From Octopus bimaculoides (lineage: Eukaryota), in contig NC_069001.1 in the NCBI RefSeq assembly GCF_001194135.2, positions 25,195,012 through 25,235,800 of the forward strand: a stretch of DNA of 40,789 nucleotides. Direction: 5' to 3'. Each line of letters begins with the position of its first letter. Position 1 is the first letter of the stretch. The translations under genes were made by a program, and so were the position numbers. The notes below the pieces were generated by a model. The model ran no database searches and was not told the DNA's origin. It saw only the letters and a list, made by a program, of their open reading frames with translations. Shown here piece after piece: positions 12,122-24,135 of this stretch.

Positions 12122-12491
12122 GAGATTAAGTTGTTCATTGTTCCTTCTTTCTTGAATAGCTTTTCAAGTATTCACTTACTAATTGAAATCGTGGTGGGAA
12201 ACAAAATTCTATATATACGAACACACGTATATATAAAAAGAACAGGAATGCCGTTTAAAGCGTTAATTTGAAAACAACTTGTGTTTGCGTTTTCCATCTA
12301 CGTTATACAAAGAAGAAACCGAAGAGTGAGATCTACGGTTTAAATTGCATTTGGTACTTACGTATCTACAGCATCCTACAACACGTGACAACTCTATTGT
12401 TGTTTACTCCATGTGAACTCTGTAATCGTACTTAGCCATTTCTCACATCCTAAGTGCTGATGCCCTACATTCTCTTGACAAGTAATAACTA

Positions 12492-12508
12492 ATGTATACA
12501 TACATACA

Positions 12509-12590
<82 letters not shown>

Positions 12591-12874
12591 NNNNNNNNNN
12601 NNNNNNNNNNNNNNNNNNNNNNNNNNNNNNNNNNNNNNNNNNNNNNNNNNNNNNNNNNNNNNNNNNNNNNNNNNNNNNNNNNNNNNNNNNNNNNNNNNNN
12701 NNNNNNNNNNNNNNNNNNNNNNNNNNNNNNNNNNNNNNNNNNNNNNNNNNNNNNNNNNNNNNNNNNNNNNNNNNNNNNNNNNNNNNNNNNNNNNATATAT
12801 ATAATAATTATATATGTATATATATATAATAATTATATATATATATATATATATGTAATAATTTTATATATGTA

Positions 12875-12920
<46 letters not shown>

Positions 12921-13000
12921 AGAGAGGGAAATAGAAAAGTATACGCAGAGAATTACATACGTATACATGTATGAATGTATATGTATGTATATACATACAT
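12492..13000. repeat. (CA)n then (TA)n microsatellite around a gap (N 12591-12794)
   Basis: Direct reading of the sequence. Confidence 0.95.
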
Positions 13001-13879
13001 ACAAATATTCAAATATCATTGTTATCATTGTTCTCCTTGTATTTTTTTTAAACTGAAAAGAGTTTGAAGTTTATAATTCTCGCTTTACCATGGTTTGGTT
13101 TTTAAATTCTAATTCTTTGGAATCGTGGCTGAAGAATACCATAAACCAATATATCATTATTAAATCTCTTTCAATTCTCCTGAGAAAATTTATCAAATCT
13201 GGATTGCCTTAGACTAGTAAACTACTATCAACATGACACATAATACGATGTGTTCAGTTGATATATGCGATTTAATATTAAAAAACAAAAACAAAATCAC
13301 ACAATTTTATTCATTCTTGCAGAATCAAAATGGAATCACTGATGCCGAGATTCAAAATAACACATCATCTTCCATTATTAACCAGATTCATATACTTTAT
13401 TTGATATAAAATAAAAACTCAAATAAACAAAAGCGTTTCTGTAGCTTTTTTTTTTTTTCATTTATTTTAATATTATTTTGTTTTGCTATGTGAATAATCT
13501 CCTTTGTGTGAATTTTGAATCAGTCACTGCTTAATATATATTTTTTTCTTTTATTTTGATTCATTGTTTCAGCGTTATTTAGTATTGTTATAACACACTT
13601 CTGATCAATTTAATAGGAATGTTTACGTTGAGAAATTTACAGGGAAATTTATCAGTTATACGCAATATAACAGTTGGGTGACACTGTCGAATATATATTG
13701 GTTCTTTTTTGCAAAATGTCTTTTTCATATTCTGGAAGAAAAGAATGAAAGAAAAGCTTTGTTTGAAACATTAATAACACCGTGTGGCATTTACAATTCA
13801 TAATGTTGATGCTGGTAAGAAATATTATTACTATCATGTGCCATTGTCAGATCGCAATACCTAGCCTTTGGCGGCCCTT

Positions 13880-13958
13880 GATGATGATGGTGATGGTGAT
13901 GATGATGATGATGCTTATGATGGTAATGGCGGCGGCGGCAGAAATGAGGATGAAGTTG

Positions 13959-13996
<38 letters not shown>
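13880..13996. repeat. (GAT)n/(GGC)n/(AAT)n trinucleotide repeat
   Basis: Direct reading; explains the poly-D/G/N ORF. Confidence 0.9.
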
Positions 13997-13999
<3 letters not shown>

Positions 14000-14609
14000 A
14001 TTTTTATTGATTCGATGGTTCTGTCTAATATCATAAGTACTTGGTATACAATACGATCTACAAAATAGTTATACATGTATATAAATAAAGAATGAATGGG
14101 AGTAAACGATGCTATATATATAATACAATATAATGTAATGTAATACGATACATGTATGAATGTGTATATATATGTATATATATATAATTATAATGATATG
14201 GAATATGGAGACTAATGCTGTACATCATATATTTACGCTTACGATGACCTACTCCTGTTTCTGCTACATAGAGTTTAAACAATAGCATATACAATGGTAA
14301 TACTCCGTGCAGAGGAAACACGTGTAGGTCGTCGTAACCATAAAAAATATGGTGTACGACATTGAAAAATTATAGAAAATAAATTTTGAGAATATACCAG
14401 TCTCTGTATATTTTCCATCGTTATAATTATTGCTATTATACACTCCAGATAATATTACCAGAATTTACATCGTGAGTGAACACTTCTAGTAGTGATAGAT
14501 GATAAATATTTATTGGTTGGTTTAGCCATAATCTGGAATCCAACTGAAAGCTACTACAGTATCCACCTGGTTTACATATCTCTAAATTTCACAAACACAC
14601 ACACATAAA

Positions 14610-14632
14610 CATACTGACACACATGCAAACAA

Positions 14633-14673
<41 letters not shown>

Positions 14674-14740
14674 TATACACAAACACATACAAACTCAAAC
14701 ACACACACAACATTCACGCGCACAAACACACACACATATG
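14610..14740. repeat. Degenerate (CA)n microsatellite
   Basis: Direct reading of the sequence. Confidence 0.9.
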
Positions 14741-16327
14741 CGCTCAGAGATTTTAAGTATTTCACAGATGGCAACTTTGCGATCCACATTCAGATATAGC
14801 CCAGTATTACAATATTGGAATGATAGAAATATCTAAAGTATGGATCATAACTAATGATCAGGGAGTAATCTAAAACTCTGAACGTAAAACACCACCAGTT
14901 AAGTAGCATCAGTAGGTTCCGTCCTATGATAATATTTGAGTACGGACAAAAATTCTTTTCTTATCATATATGACGTGATTTGTTAATTGCACATACCTTA
15001 GGGATCTTGTTTTCTTTAAGAAGTTTTTTTATTTTGACAGACATCAATATCTTCCATTCGTCTATCTATTCGCCTACTGAAATATTTCCATCAGCTTTAT
15101 GCAAACTAATTCGTGCAGACTTGTAAAACAAATAATAGCTTGTCTTTTGTGTAAGCTTACACTTTCTTCATATTGCATTCGAGTACAATTTTCAGTGTTT
15201 TCAACAGCTTCCCTAATCTTTTACTGAATTAACTTTCATATCTATCGCAGCTAAATTTTAGGATAGTGGCACTGGTCTTAACACCTGGTTTGTCTGATGC
15301 TCAACAATGGTACACGTTTACACTATTTTACCTTCGATCACTAGCTAGTACTAACCAATATTGTCGATTGGTCTATTTTAAGATATTGAAATTGGTTGAA
15401 CGTTTAAAATATGGTGTCGATTATGGTCTCTACAGCTGCTACATGCTTCATAGTGCCTCCCGCATGTTTTTCATCGGAATGAAAGCCCACTGTAGCATTT
15501 AGTTTCCAGAGGTTTTATTTTGTCTGCTCTATCTCAAGTGTCTCATAGACATGGTCTCTAATTTGTGTTTTAGTGGCGTGCAACTCAGTGATTGGCATCT
15601 GGTCTTCTTAACTCATATCTCCCTAGATATTCACGTTATTGTGAACGCTATCAATGTCAACATTTACGTAAAATCTACTGTAAATTTAATAAAAGCTCGA
15701 GAAAACATGATTATTAGTTTATTTTACGTGTAGTACTTTCGTCCAAGTACTGGATTACCTGTGCATTGGTTGAAATCTTGGGACCCAAATTATCCAGCAT
15801 CCTTCTATTGTTCTTTGGCTATACAACAAGATCTACTTTTACATGTACCATACATTACTTGGTTCAGTAACTATCCTGACACACAACCACAGCGCTTTAA
15901 ATTCTAATTTTAATGACATATAGAAGACAACGCCAAGTTAATAGTCAGATGAATTCACTGAGCAAGAGCGTTCACACATTTGTTACCTAAGACTTCCAAT
16001 CCTACTATTACAGCCACGCTTCTTCTGTTGTTTGATGAACATCGAATTTTAACTTGCAATGCCTGTGTTTAGTGCTTTGCGGTTACTTTTAGATGCGTTC
16101 CCTTTTTGTTAATACTGCGTAAGTTTGCTTGCTCATTTGTTAAATTACGTACTGATGTATTTTTCAGCTTATCTTTGTTTTTCATCCACCTTCGTATTTT
16201 GAAATCCGTGTAGGTTATTCTCCCTTTAAAGCTATATATCAAAATAGGAATAAGAACATTTATAAAACGTAGACTTTTTCCAGTTTCCACTAATTATTAT
16301 TATCATTATTATTATTATTATTATTAT

Positions 16328-16614
16328 CGTTCAGTAGTTTTATTTTTATAACGTGCTTTCTCTTCACTACCGAGCGCAGCTCTGTGCGCCTTGGGTATGT
16401 GCTGTGATTTGCTGTGGTGCTCTTATGTTTACTGTATTGAAAGTGTTTTGCGTAGACTATGTGCAGTACCCAGTAGTGCAATTTTCTGTATGTTATATAT
16501 ATTTGTAAGTCCTGGTGTTTTTATTATGTATTTGTCTGAATATTTTTTTATTATACCTAAGGCACCTACTATGATAGGAATTGTTTCTGTTTTTAGATTC
16601 CACATTCGAGTTAT
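16328..16614 (-). mobile_element. 5'-truncated R4/Dong-like non-LTR retrotransposon 3' end (REL-endonuclease C-terminus plus 3' UTR)
   Basis: 16614->16429 reads ITRMWNLKTETIPIIVGALGIIKKYSDKYIIKTPGLTNIYNIQKIALLGTAHSLRKTLSIQ*; the PIIVGALG and QKxALLGTAHxLR motifs typify REL-clade C-termini; flanked on both sides by (ATT)n. Confidence 0.85.
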
Positions 16615-18242
16615 TATGATTATTATTATTATTATCAGTCATTTTTTTAAATTAAAAGAAACCATTATTAACATTAAATGTTTAAGTGTTTGAAACGAAT
16701 TATTGTTAATGCGATTATAATATTCGGACTATTAACCTCATCTCTAGAGTTGAAGTCTTTGTTTTGCTTTTTTTTAATATTGATAACTACTCTATGTTTT
16801 GGTCGGTTTGATCTCTGATCATCATCAATTTTCTTTTGATGTCCTCTTTCAGATCAATAGTCCGAAACATTATAATCATACTAATATATTGTTAGACACA
16901 GACATAAAATAATTAGACTAACACGAGTTAGAATGACAAGGTAGAAAGTAAACAACACACACAAAGGCACAAAGGAATGACAAATATATGCAAAACTATG
17001 AGACCCTTTATGTCCATACGAAAATGTTGACAGTGTTATTTATACAATAGTTTCGATAATAAGATAATAGATGCGATACACTCCCTTGAAAATATTGTAA
17101 ATATGCAGACAGAGTATAAACGAACCTGCATTAGATATATGTGAAATATTTATTGAACACAAACACGCAAATATACACTAGACTGAACAAACACACCCGT
17201 GACATTGCGCGCACACAGACAAGTACACTCCCACTTACACACAGAGAGAAACAAAAGCCTTTTTTTGAAAAAGGACATTATAAAAATATCTACTGCAAGA
17301 TTTCTAAAGTATCTAGGTTAGAATGATAGTTGCTAACACAAATAACTCTTTGGTCCACAGAGATTATCAATGTAATATTTTATACAATTTGGAAATAGAG
17401 AATAGAGTAACGTATTGATGCATAAGTGTTTGAGAAATGTGAATTTAGAGGTAGCACTCAGTAATGATTATTTAAGACGAAAGAAAAAATTTCAATGTGT
17501 AATAGCAGCCGATACCTCGTAAAACAGTTCGGAATGAAAGCAGTCCTGGAAAATGTAAGCAAGAAGACAGAAACTCAATAATCACATAACTGAGATAATT
17601 TACATATCAGTTGCTGCAAATGTTGAAAATATTTTCATTGATTGAGGAATGAAATATTTTTTAAAAATTCAGTGTTGTTATCTATCTTCTATGCGGCTCG
17701 CAGTTGATAGACAGGCCTGCGGTTAAATATAGATATAAATTATTCCATACGATGCATCTTTCATTTCAGAGAGAAAAGTAACTCTGAATTAGACCTGGCT
17801 GCGATTTCTATCATGTCGGATCACCTACATTTTAATTTATCAACGGTAAAAATTAACTTCGTGCAAAAATACTACACATCCTTTTGTTGCCCTTGTCAAC
17901 TCGTCGTGAATAATAAAGATGTAAATTCATACGTATAACAACGGTTGGAAGAATTCTGGATATTGCATATAGAAATTACTCTAGAGAGATTTTTTCCAAA
18001 TCAAAACGTACAACAAGATGACTCATTGATGAGAAAACGAGAAATACGTCATACTTGTTTTTAAATGCAAAAGTGTAACACCGATCTTTGGATAGTTTCA
18101 CACTCAAAACAAATTGGCTAGACACCATTATCCTGGATCCCAATAAACTTGAAAGAATAATACTTTTAAAGTACGGTTATAATGAACTTTTTTTACGTTA
18201 AGCGATGAAGCACTTCTTAATATTGGTTCTGAAATTTTACAT

Positions 18243-18350
18243 AGGATCGGCAATTTTAGGGGGCAGTGAGCCTATTAGAAAAACCAATGTTCAACTAATA
18301 TTATTTTATTGACCACGTAAAGATGAAAGGCAAAGTTTACCCCAGTAGCA
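18243..18350 (-). mobile_element. Old SINE family A fragment
   Basis: GATGAAAGGCAAAGT motif shared with neighbouring copies. Confidence 0.55.
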
Positions 18351-18377
18351 TTTCATAAGTATTTTAAATATTGATTC

Positions 18378-18574
18378 AAGGTCAGTAATTTCAGGGCGGG
18401 AGTAAGTCGATTACATTGACCCCAGTGCTCGACTGGTAGTTATTTAAACGGCCTCGAAAAGATGGAAGGCAAAGCTGGCCCCTGACAATATTTGAATTCA
18501 GAACATTAAGATGGACGAAATGACATTAATTACTTTTGCCTGGTGTGCTGACGATCCTTCTAGTTCGCCGTCTT
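18378..18574 (-). mobile_element. SINE family A
   Basis: GTCGATTACATTGACCCCAGT...GATGGAAGGCAAAG...TTTGAATTCAGAAC...GTTCGCCGTCTT, reverse complement of the 23939 layout. Confidence 0.8.
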
Positions 18575-18881
18575 GCCATTTCACAATATTTAAATATGAC
18601 AACACTCTTGTCTATGTATTTACTTGGCTAGTGACACATTGTTATCTCTGCTATTTCTCTATCGGTTACAATACAGAAGCAAGACGTACATTTGTCAATT
18701 GTATTGTGATACTTTGTTTAAAGAGTAACTGTGTTAGTGGCATAGAGAATGAAAACCGAACAAAAGAAGAAAGACCCATCGGGTAATAATTTTCCTAGAT
18801 TTACAGATAAACGTACAATATCCAACTAATATTTCTGATAAAATGTAAAATGTGGATGAAGAAAATACTGAAAGATTTTAA

Positions 18882-19190
18882 GTAAAACGATACAAAAACT
18901 TCGCTAATGCAATGGACCCAACTGAGAATTGAGCCATCGATCTCCGCAATATAAACGATTGACTTAACTTTGTGTCAATCGAAGAGAAGTTGACGTTACA
19001 AATATTGCAAAAGAGGCCACCTGAATTTGTAACGACACCGTCAGTTTTCTTAGGTTGAAGGAATTGTATATCCGATAATGAATTAATCCTTATTGAAAGC
19101 ATGCAAAGGGATTACCTCCAGTACCTCTACAACAACTCAGAGTGAGTTGGAGAAGGAATTTTCCGGATCTCTAAAATTACATGTGAGTAG
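18882..19190 (+). pseudogene. Decayed reading frame, possibly ORF1 5' part of the L1/Tx1-like element
   Basis: 102 codons with normal amino-acid complexity, interrupted only by 4 TGA codons; identity not recognised with certainty. Confidence 0.35.
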
Positions 19191-19227
19191 TGATTTTCGT
19201 GTATGTAGATTCTTCTATATATAATCC

Positions 19228-19432
19228 TTTCTCCTGAAGGCACAGGGCCTGAAATTTGAGGACGGGGTACTAGCCGATTACATCAGCCCCAGCACTTGAC
19301 TGGTACTTATTTCACCGACCCTGAAAGAGTAAAGTTGACCTTGGCTGAATTTGAACTCAGATCGCAGCGACAGACGAAATTGCGCAAAGTATTTCACCTG
19401 ACGTGTTAACGATTCTGCCATCTCAACGGCTT
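19228..19432 (-). mobile_element. SINE family A
   Basis: CCCCAGCACTTGACTGGTACTTATTT...AATTTGAACTCAGA...GATTCTGCCATCTCAACGGCTT. Confidence 0.85.
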
Positions 19433-19527
19433 CATTTTTCTATATATAATAGAATTCACACATATATTTTCACAGTAATTCATTATTTCTTGTTTCTATT
19501 CTGTTTATTTTTTATATATATACACAC

Positions 19528-19675
19528 TAGGCACAAGGCTCGAAATTTTTGGGGAGGTGCCAGTCGATTAGATCGACTCCAGTACGCAACTAGTACTTAA
19601 TATATCGACCTCCGAAAGGATGAGAGTCAAAGCCTACCTCGGCAGAATTTGAACTCAGAACGTAAAGACAGAATA
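19528..19675 (-). mobile_element. SINE family A, 5'-truncated
   Basis: GTCGATTAGATCGACTCCAGT...CGGCAGAATTTGAACTCAGAACGTAAAGAC. Confidence 0.85.
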
Positions 19676-19814
19676 GATTTCGTACATATATTTTAACAAT
19701 AATTCATTATTTCTTGTTTCTATTTGTATTCTTTTTTGATAACTCTGTCAACATTTCATTTCATATTTAATAAGAATGTCCGATTGTTCAGCGTTATTTA
19801 TGTGTTTCATTATT

Positions 19815-20035
19815 GCCCACAGGGGTCTAAACCTAGAGGGGACAAACAAGGACACACAGATGGTTTAATTCGATAACATAGACCCCAGTGCGTAACTGGC
19901 ACTTATTTAATCGACCCCGACAGGATGGAAGGCAAAGTTGACCTCGGAAGAATTTGAACTCAGAACGTAACGGCAAACGAAATATCGCTAAGAATATCGC
20001 CCATCGTGCTAACGTTTCTGCCAGCTCGCCGCCTT
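19815..20035 (-). mobile_element. SINE family A with a distinct 3' tail
   Basis: GACCCCAGTGCGTAACTGGCACTTATTTAATCGACCCCG...TTTGAACTCAGAACG...CTGCCAGCTCGCCGCCTT. Confidence 0.88.
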
Positions 20036-20729
20036 AAGTCTTCTAAATATAATACCATTCATACATATATTTTCACAATAATACATTATTTCTTGTTTTC
20101 TATTTGTATTCGTTTTGACAAATCTGTCAACATTTCATTTCATATTTAATATCAATATGCGATTGTTCAGCATTATTAACTACAGAAATACTCCTACTCC
20201 GGTTTTCGAATAAATATTATAATTAAAATAGGCTACAGAGAAACACACTTTAGTAGTTTTTAACACATATATAATACCAGCAATTTTTTTTGTTTTACTT
20301 TGAACAATCTACTTTTCTGCGCCAATAAATATGTATTTCTGCGTAATTATTTTGCATTTCGTTTGCTATAACTGAAGTTATTGCCGGTTATAGCCAGACG
20401 ACATTTCCGCTGATGACGCCCAGTGAAGCAAAAAGATGTCCGGCGATGTCTCATCAACGAATATAATTATGCTCTCGTCACATATTTCGCTTACGTCAGT
20501 TTTTTTTTTAAATACTCGATGCGTTAAACATACTTCCATCCACTTAATATACAGAAATTTCACCTACTTCAGGAATTGAGTTACCAATGCTGATAAACTT
20601 TATAATACATGTGTACCAGGTATTTTTCCCAAGTTTTCAGTGGTATTTCTTCTTCTTCAACTGTCTCCTTCCTAAGATTCATATTTCTCATGTTATTATT
20701 ATTTGCTGTTATTATTGTTACGTACGTTT

Positions 20730-21420
20730 GGAGAAGGTAGAAGAACAATGTGCTAAATTTCTCGGCCCACACATTACCTTAGAGCTCCTCATCAAAATAG
20801 GAGGCACAGTGCCAGCCATACTACCAATACGGCGCGCTCAAATACAGTAACATCATGTACAATACGTGCAACACCATCAACATCAGGGACAGCAGGAAGA
20901 TCAAAATTATCGTCACTTGGGACCACAACTGCACCACCACAACTACACCAGGATTCTGAAAGTCAAAAACATCGCTAGATACGACAACAAAACCAAATGC
21001 AGCTTGAGACAACGGCCCCAACAATACCAACATCCCTATCTCTACCAATATAAACCAAAAAGAAAAAAAAACGAAACAACCACACAAGGCGTCTCGCAAC
21101 CTAGCTCTTCCTCTGGCTCTCAGCCAAACACACACTCAAACTGAGAAACTCGAACACGCGCAAATTTACTGACATCAATATCCGAGTCAGATTTTACAGA
21201 GATCGATACCTCCACATCTAGAAGGGAAACTGGGAAAGACCCTCATCGGACAAACCTAAAGCGAAAAAGAAACTGTGCCATAGACGTATGTGGCTTCACA
21301 ACACTCATCAGAAAACTGAGAAAACACGCTCATAACAATTAGAGGCACATCGATACAGCCGGAACCTCAACCGTCAGCACAACCACCGCTACCACCACCA
21401 GCATTCCCAACACTACTACG
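20730..21420 (+). pseudogene. Probable ORF1 C-terminal relic of an L1/Tx1-like LINE
   Basis: GEGRRTMC*ISRPTHY resembles a decayed EGRRP.C..C...GH knuckle; followed by T/Q/P-rich, A/C-skewed sequence directly upstream of the endonuclease relic. Confidence 0.45.
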
Positions 21421-21810
21421 ATCTCACTTATCATAAAAAAACGTACACAACAGCAAGCCACATAGACAACTGCTGCGTGTTGGCAGTGGGGTGCAACGAA
21501 GGATTAATGGTCCTCGTAGCACGAAGTAAAAATACTGACAGTGGCAGTGAGGGCGTGATTTTTTAGCGCCTGTAATTTTTAAAGTGCTACAAACTCTAAT
21601 GCTGATGAGCATGTCACTTGAGACATGCAAAAGAATTAGAGAAAATTTCCCCTACAAGAGGGAACCCGCCATGTAAATGCCATCAGGAATCTTTTAAAAA
21701 GATTCCCAAGGGATTCCGAACCTGATATGGAGGTCAGGCCACCCGTTTTCTAACCGCACCGGAAAGGTAAATAACTTCAGACTTTTCTTTTCTCTCAAAT
21801 CCTTCCAGCC

Positions 21811-22620
21811 AACGTGGTGATCATTAAAGTGTGTTGCATAAAGACACGTTGTCTGAAGTGGTCGTAGAAGCAAGATCGTTTGTTTAACGACTTCGAGCTA
21901 CTAGCTATAGATGTAACAGCCGTCAGCATGAGCAGGATTTCCGACACTCGCATATTAGTCACTTTTGACTGCTTTTAGATTTTTACATTACTTACTTTGG
22001 AATTGGAGATCGAGTGGCTGTGCTGTCGATGAAAGGTTGGGACTCGAGGTACAGAGGATCTTCCTTGATCTGCTTAGTAAAGTGGTGGTCTTGGATGTGA
22101 GCATCGGCGACGGTGATACTTGTAGATTAATTGCTTTGTACATTTTGACTGGTGCTGGGTGGCCAGATTTCTTAAGATGCTGAAAGTGTTTCTGAGGACT
22201 ACTCGCTCTATAGTGGTAGTAGGAGATTGTAAAGCTATCTTCAATACACGCCTCGACGGTATGAATCCGATAGAAGAAAGAGGTGTGAAACATTTCAAAA
22301 CTGCTCTGACCCTGCTGATGTAACGAGTGGATTTCCGAAATGCAGAAATGTTGGCCTGGGCGGTAAGAATCGATTTTTCCACATAGCATCTAGATAAATT
22401 ATTTAGCAAACCAGTAAGAGGAACTAGCATCAATTGTTCACAGTTGAAAGTCGTCGGGTACACAGACCACAAAGTTGTGATCCGTACGGTCGACCTAGAT
22501 AGGACCCATAAGCAGGACCCATAGATTGACAGCTGTACAAGTTGGTCCCTGCGCGTCAATCTTTCAGATATCAGATCAGCAAGTCCATCGGATGTTGACA
22601 GGCGCAATCGTCAACAAACG
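21811..22620 (+). pseudogene. L1/Tx1-like LINE ORF2 APE-type endonuclease, frameshifted
   Basis: Across frameshifts: IKVCCIKTRCL..KQDRLFND..IDVTAVS; VVVLDVSIGDGDTCRLIALY; IVVVGDCKAIF (GDFN-like); HLDKL; GYTDHKVV (SDH-like). Confidence 0.8.
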
Positions 22621-23938
22621 ATTGTGAATAGTCCTGAAATGTGCTATTAGAGTGGAAAGGTCAGGGATTATTAAATAAGTAGCAATAGGGAAGTATTGAA
22701 TGGAAAGAAAACTAGGTAGAAAACCATAAAGGGAACTAGCGCAGGTATAGTGGCCGATGTACTGGTGATAAGATTAGTTCTTGACCAGTTCTCCAATACA
22801 ACGGATTTTACTGATCCTTTTTTTTTTGTTACAGCAAGCACTGCAACTCTGGTGACAGTTTAGTTAAATGTTTGGCTGGTATAAATTTGTTACTGGTAAG
22901 CTTTGCTCGTGTTGTATGAGGGAAATTTCATCTCTTTTCAAGCACAAAACAATCCGATTTGTGCGACATTAGCCACTGGTAACTAAGGAAAAATGAAAAT
23001 AGGAAAATATTAGCCGAGATATTTCATTCCAACTTCGAAACTCCCTATTCTTTGAAATAGCAAAACATCTAACAAGACTACAATCTCTCTGTCATGAATA
23101 CGACCGAAGAGCAAATCAACAGAACCTGCCATAGACGCAGCAGCAACGGGGATATTTCCCGTGAAAGAACGACATGATCTACTTACCGAACAGCAGTAAT
23201 TATAACTACTTACAAGATTAGATGAGAAGGAACAAAGATATCACTGATAAAGAACGTGTGAAACTATCAATTATAAGTACAAGATAACAGAGGAGATAGG
23301 AAACAAAATATCACTCTGGAGACTGCTCGATTTTCCACACAAATACATTTCTATCGCTCAATTTTGATCTTAACACCAAAAATCCTGCATTTTTATCATG
23401 CATGATTACTAAAACACTATGTGCCGACCCCTCACCAATAGCACCAATTGACCGAATTCTTAAAGATGACAGAAGTACAGAGTTTAGAAAACTTATTAAG
23501 ACCTCTTGACTCCGTGTTTTAAATGCATCCAAAGAATGAGTTTAGAGGTTTAATGAAAATGTTCTTCAATCTCTTTTGTTACGTGCAATGGTGTACTTCA
23601 AATAATAAATGACAAACTCACAGATATAGAAGGAAGTAAATGTTTTCGAGATGTGCTAATAACCTTGTTTAATATATTATTTGTCCTTGTACTTGAAAGA
23701 ATAGCAGAGCGTACGAAACAGGATATATATTTATGTCGAACGGCAGAGAATACAAAATAGCCGTCGTCCTACTTGCTAAATAAATGTTGCAGGACTACTG
23801 AATATGTATATATTTGCTACGTATTAAACTAGAATTAGAAAAGAAAAGGTTATTAGAAAGTTTTTTTTTTTTTTCAAATGGGCCAGCGAATTTAAAAGAA
23901 TACATGTTAATGTAAGGATTTTTTTTCATGTATTTTTC

Positions 23939-24135
23939 AAGGCGGTGAGCTGTCAGAATCGTTAGCACACCGGGTTTAGCAACATTTCGTCCGTCTTAAC
24001 GTTCTGAGTTCAAATTCAACGGAAGTGGACTTGACTTTGCCTTTTCTCCTTCGGGGTCGATAAAATAACTACCTCTTGAACATATGGTTGATTTAATCGA
24101 CTCATTCACAACCCCGAATTTGCTTATTGTGTGTC
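23939..24135 (+). mobile_element. SINE family A
   Basis: AAGGCGGTGAGCTGTCAGAATCGTTAGC...GAGTTCAAATTC (B-box-like)...TTCGGGGTCGATAAAATAA. Confidence 0.88.

Larger units (their letters stand above)
19460..20177 (+). repeat. Three copies of an AT-rich ~115 bp unit (19460-19510 partial, 19684-19798, 20063-20177)
   Basis: Shared ACATATATTTT(C/A)ACA(A/G)TAAT(T/A)CATTATTTCTTGTTT; copies 2 and 3 also share CTGTCAACATTTCATTTCATATTTAAT...CGATTGTTCAGC. Confidence 0.85.

Noticed and set aside
18878-19102. Minus ORF with CNICNVNFSS, resembling a matrin/U1 zinc finger
   Set aside because: No downstream His ligands; it is the antisense of the TGA-interrupted + frame
19228-20177. CRISPR-like repeat/spacer alternation
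   Set aside because: Units are 100-200 bp diverged SINEs in eukaryotic DNA, with no short identical repeats or cas genes
20396-20445. CTGATGA hammerhead core candidates here and at ~24795 and ~38750
   Set aside because: No GAAA with paired helix III or NUH site; helix II is weak
21988-22607. 133-aa and 177-aa minus-strand ORFs
   Set aside because: Antisense shadows of the + strand LINE endonuclease relic
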